Positions 60,492 through 64,000 of a stretch of 64,000 bases of DNA are shown one piece after another. A model generated the notes under the pieces. The model searched no databases. It saw nothing but the letters and a program-made list of their open reading frames with translations, and was not told where the DNA came from. The translations under genes and the position numbers were made by a program. Numbering within the stretch: position 1 is the first letter of the stretch; each line of letters opens with the position of its first letter. Origin of the DNA: an uncultured Chloroflexia bacterium (GTDB lineage Bacteria; Chloroflexota; Chloroflexia; QHBQ01; JADMIH01); contig CAWCNY010000005.1 in assembly GCA_963797095.1 (NCBI GenBank), positions 544,001 through 608,000 on the forward strand, written 5' to 3'.

Positions 60492-60926
60492 TGCAAGTTC
60501 CTGTTTCTAGGATTGAAGTTTGAGATTTGAGCTACCGGAACGAGGGTTGTGTTCCTGTAGCATCGAGATGGGGCCATTATACACAAAATCGTCGGATGGG
60601 CTTGCTAGCAACCGGCGAGGGTTGAGATTAAAGCAAAAAGCGGCTTTCGCCGCTCTTTGCACCGTGTGAGATAACCTTTAGCCACCCGGTTAGACCACCC
60701 AGAAAGCCCCGAATCTCTCTAAACAAGTCTCCTTTGCAGCCAGGCCATCTTTGAATTCAAAGCGTTAGATGAATATCTTAAGCCCTTTATCGAAGTATAG
60801 CAAATGTGGAAAACTCCCACAATAGGTCTAAGGTCGTATCTGGGGTAGGACTCTTGTCGCTCGTTTGTGCGTAATGCGGGACGCTGGGCGAGGAGTGACG
60901 AGTGACGAATGGCGCGCAGAAGTGAC

Positions 60927-61877
60927 TTATCGCGTTTCTTCCAGGCCTGCCAGGATGTCATCTTCGGAGTCGGGGGCCGGAACGCGGCTGGCTACCAGGC
61001 TGTAGTGTTCTGAGCCCATTGCAAACTCGGCTATGTCCTGGGGCATTGTGGTAAAGAGTCCGTTGGGATCGAACTGAGTGCGATGCTGGCGAGCTGATTC
61101 CATCTTTTCGGCAAGGAATGGGCGCACGTCTATTCTGGTGGTGACGGAAGGGGGTACATATTCGGGGGCCTTTTCTTCCGCCTTGTTGTCGGCGCTCTCG
61201 GTTATTTCTTCAACCTCTTTCTCTACGGCTTCTTCGGTGCTCTGATGCTCAGGATCGGCGTCTTGCTGCTCTTCTTCGTCCCAGGGCCACTTGAGGCCGC
61301 GTTCCTTGTACATGTCGTGGGCTTTTATCCAGCCTTCCTCGTTCCAGTGTGTGTAATAGAGCTTGAGAGGGATCCACGGCTCGCCCAGCTCGGGGGCGAA
61401 TGTGGGATCACCCGCGAGATCGAAAGCGCGGTGGGTGACTTTGTTGCACTGTATGTGATCGGGGTGCCCGTAAGCCCCGTTTTCGTCATAAGTGACCATT
61501 ATTTGGGGCTTATACTTGCGCACCAATTCCACAAGCCTGCGCGTAACGACATCGAGGTCGGCGTTATGGAAGTTGGCGGGATTAGCGTTGGCGTCTGTAC
61601 CAGCCATACCGCTATCTCTATAGCCCAGCATTTCGAGGGTACCGATTTCAAGGAGGGCTGTGCCTCGACGTAACTCTTCGCGTCTGATCTCACCCAGGCG
61701 TGGGCGGGCCTCATCGGGGTTAAGGTCGGGATCTCTTATCTCGCCTTCTTCGCCACCGGTTGCCGTGACCAGTACGGTGCGGACGCCTCGTCGCGCGTAG
61801 GATAGGAGAGTGCCTCCTGTGAATACGACTTCATCATCCGGATGAGCGTGAACAGCCATGATTGTAAATTGCTTCAC
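60927..61877 (-). CDS. PIG-L family deacetylase (MshB/Mca-like)
   Basis: VHAHPDDE, ATGGEEG, YRDSGM, YGHPDH, KLYY. Confidence 0.9.
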   Translation of the reverse strand: MKQFTIMAVHAHPDDEVVFTGGTLLSYARRGVRTVLVTATGGEEGEIRDPDLNPDEARPRLGEIRREELRRGTALLEIGTLEMLGYRDSGMAGTDANANPANFHNADLDVVTRRLVELVRKYKPQIMVTYDENGAYGHPDHIQCNKVTHRAFDLAGDPTFAPELGEPWIPLKLYYTHWNEEGWIKAHDMYKERGLKWPWDEEEQQDADPEHQSTEEAVEKEVEEITESADNKAEEKAPEYVPPSVTTRIDVRPFLAEKMESARQHRTQFDPNGLFTTMPQDIAEFAMGSEHYSLVASRVPAPDSEDDILAGLEETR

Positions 61878-62055
61878 TTTGCTGTACCTCGGTCTTTATG
61901 GTTTTGGGGATTAGTTGGCAGCCTTTTCCCTAGTATAAAACTTTCGGTCAGACTGTGTGAGCAGGGCTTTCAGGGGAGCCAGCCATGACCCTGAGGGTCA
62001 CCAGCGTGTAATGAAAATGAGGGGCTGGCGCGCTCCGTGCTGTGCTATATTCCAG

Positions 62056-62292
62056 ACACTCTGAGCGCAACAAGGTCGGGATACGTTGGTGCATGCAGCT
62101 TTGCTGCCGCGAGCCCGCAGGAGGAGTCTGACCCTGGTGTCCTAAGGCACCGTTGATTGTTGCTCCCGACAGCTACTACTCGGCGTATCCGGGTAACTGT
62201 AACAAGTTTGATAAGCCTGGTAACCCTGGTAACCTGAAGGGAAGCACGTAGAGCAGAATTCTACTAATAGGTGGACACCATGCTCAGTTGTC
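62056..62292 (+). ncRNA. Putative bridge/seek-RNA-like structured RNA, copy 1
   Basis: Lies in the IS110 left non-coding end after TGcTATATT; closing stem GACACTCTGAGC...GCTCAGTTGTC; blockwise homology to 63706-63906. Confidence 0.6.
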
Positions 62293-62346
62293 TTGCAAGC
62301 AACTAAACAGACAAGTAATCAGGCAACCGGACAGGAGGTATCTGCT

Positions 62347-63597
62347 ATGCAAGTGGTTTATGAGCGCTGTTGTGGATTGGACATACACAAGAAGACAGTA
62401 GTGGCTTGTCTTATCACGCCGAACTCTAATAAACAGGAACTGCCTTTGCCTCATAAGGAAGTCAGGAGTTTCGGTACCATGACTAATGACCTGCTGCAGT
62501 TGTCAGACTGGCTCATGGCCAACAGTGTGACAGCAGTGGCCATGGAATTGACCGGAGTTTATTGGAAACCGATCTACAACCTATTGGAGGGAGAGTTTGA
62601 ACTGCTCTTGGTCAATGCCCAGCACATCAAAGCAGTGCTTGGTCGCAAGACCGATGTACGCGATTGTGAGTGGATCGCCGACTTGCTCAGACACGGCCTG
62701 CTGAGAGGCAGTTTCGTACCTGATCGCCCCCAACGGGAGTTAAGGGAACTAACACGATACCGCACGCAATTGATAAGAGAACGCTCTACTGAGGTCGACC
62801 GGTTGCAGAAGACGTTGGAGGGAGCCAATATCAAGCTGGCAAGTGTTGCCACCGACATCATGGGAGTATCGGGGAGGCAGATCCTTTCGGCGTTGCTGGA
62901 CGGACAGGTCGATGAGCGAGCGATGGCGGAACTTGCCAGGGGGCGGATGAGGGAGAAGATACCCCAACTGCAAGAGGCACTCCGAGGATGCTTTGGTGCC
63001 CATCAACGCTTCATGCTAGCTCACCAGTTAGCCTTGATCGACGTGCTAGACGCATCGATTGAGGGGTTGAGCCGCGAGATAGAAGAGAGGGTGAGCCCTT
63101 TTCAGTTGGCGTTGGACTTGTTGGTGACGATCAGGGGAGTGGGGCAGCGCACAGCGGAGGTGATCGTCTCTGAGGTAGGAGTTGATATGAGCCGATTTCC
63201 CACATCTCGGCATCTGGCCTCGTGGGCAGGGATGTGTCCTGGCAACAACGAGAGTGCAGGTAAACGCAAGAGCGGTAGGACCCGTAAAGCTAATCCGTGG
63301 CTGAGAACGGCATTAGTGGAGGCCGCTCAAGCAGCTGCTCACTGCAAACAGAGTTACCTGTCAGCACAATACCACCGGATAGCCAGGCGTGGAGGTGCCA
63401 ACAAAGCTGCAGTAGCTGTAGGTCATACTATTCTCGTTATTGCTTATGAGATGCTGACGCATCAAACCACCTACAATGAGTTGGGAGGAAACTACTTCCA
63501 TGAGCGAGACCGCAAGGCCAAAGAGCGGCGTCTGATCCATAGCCTGGAGCGACTTGGATACAAGGTTTCACTTGAGCCGGTTGCTTCGGCTGCATGA
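62347..63597 (+). CDS. IS110-family DEDD recombinase/transposase
   Basis: GLDIHK, MELTG, GRKTDVRD (D-E-D-D), GMCPGNNESAGK serine motif; AGGAGGT RBS before ATG 62347. Confidence 0.95.
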   Translation: MQVVYERCCGLDIHKKTVVACLITPNSNKQELPLPHKEVRSFGTMTNDLLQLSDWLMANSVTAVAMELTGVYWKPIYNLLEGEFELLLVNAQHIKAVLGRKTDVRDCEWIADLLRHGLLRGSFVPDRPQRELRELTRYRTQLIRERSTEVDRLQKTLEGANIKLASVATDIMGVSGRQILSALLDGQVDERAMAELARGRMREKIPQLQEALRGCFGAHQRFMLAHQLALIDVLDASIEGLSREIEERVSPFQLALDLLVTIRGVGQRTAEVIVSEVGVDMSRFPTSRHLASWAGMCPGNNESAGKRKSGRTRKANPWLRTALVEAAQAAAHCKQSYLSAQYHRIARRGGANKAAVAVGHTILVIAYEMLTHQTTYNELGGNYFHERDRKAKERRLIHSLERLGYKVSLEPVASAA

Positions 63598-63705
63598 ATT
63601 CCAGTTATTTTCAGAGGAGAGGAGTTTGTCATGTCGCTGGGGACACCAGCGTATGAATGAAAATGGTTGAGCCACCCCTTGACCATGTGCTATGCTACTC
63701 GTTAG

Positions 63706-63906
63706 GCACTCTGAGCGCAACAAGGTCGGGCTTGGTCTGGTGCTGCGAGCCCGTAAGAGCAGTTTGACCTGGGTGTCCCGAGGCACCACGTATTGTTGCT
63801 CCCATGCCTGTCCAGGCATCACCACTGTTGTGGGTCGGTGATTGGGTTGGGGATGGGAAGCACGCACAGCAGAATCTGTGATCAGGTGGACACCTCGCTC
63901 AGTGTC
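63706..63906 (+). ncRNA. Putative bridge/seek-RNA-like structured RNA, copy 2
   Basis: Same scaffold blocks as copy 1 with different loop sequences; preceded by TTGAGC-N18-TATGCT. Confidence 0.55.
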
Positions 63907-63939
63907 ATGGTAAGTGTCATTTGTCTTAGCAATCTGAAC

Positions 63940-63997
63940 GAACGCGAACGCGAACGCGAACGCGAACGCGAACGCGAACGCGAACGCGAACGCGAAC
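63940..63997. repeat. Hexamer tandem repeat (GAACGC) x9
   Basis: Read directly from the sequence. Confidence 0.97.
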
Positions 63998-64000
63998 AGG

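Larger units (their letters stand above)
61979..63619 (+). mobile_element. IS110-family element (boundaries inferred)
   Basis: DEDD recombinase with a long upstream non-coding end; similar TTTCAG(G/A)GGAG junction motifs at 61968-61978 and 63609-63619. Confidence 0.7.

Noticed and set aside
62100-62250. Exact assignment of target and donor guide segments in the putative bridge RNA
   Set aside because: By-eye matches to the junctions are short and partial, so they are not decisive without multiple insertion sites.
62293-62346. Longer TTG start for the IS110 recombinase
   Set aside because: A strong AGGAGGT precedes ATG 62347, which gives a typical N-terminus.
1-64000. tRNA/rRNA genes, prophage, or anti-phage defence operons
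   Set aside because: No cloverleaf or rRNA signatures and no phage or defence motifs were recognised among the ORFs.

Overview
Bacterial chromosome segment, most likely from the Chloroflexota. The evidence is the FPETGH-type surface repeats fused to a solute-binding protein, the '[11 protein letters not shown]...RPYFRP' SLH-like modules and the scattered heptamer repeats. Housekeeping genes (nfi, queA, coaE, der, galK/galE, glyA, upp, rsmE, plsX) are mixed with a peptide ABC importer and an ECF sigma/anti-sigma locus. A large cell-surface glycan region carries a complete WbpA/B/E/D/I-type diacetamido-uronic acid pathway, an AsnB-like amidotransferase, Wzx and several glycosyltransferases. Four mobile elements are visible: (1) an ISKra4-type IS with TIRs and a 9-bp TSD, broken by a 20-bp tandem expansion; (2) a decayed IS701-like IS with a 5-bp TSD; (3) a 164-bp ISAs1-like MITE with a 10-bp TSD; (4) an IS110 recombinase. 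The most notable feature is that the IS110 gene is flanked on both sides by two diverged copies of the same structured non-coding module, with a conserved scaffold and different loops, resembling bridge/seek RNAs. I saw no rRNA, tRNA or CRISPR array. All calls come from reading motifs by eye; no database searches were run.
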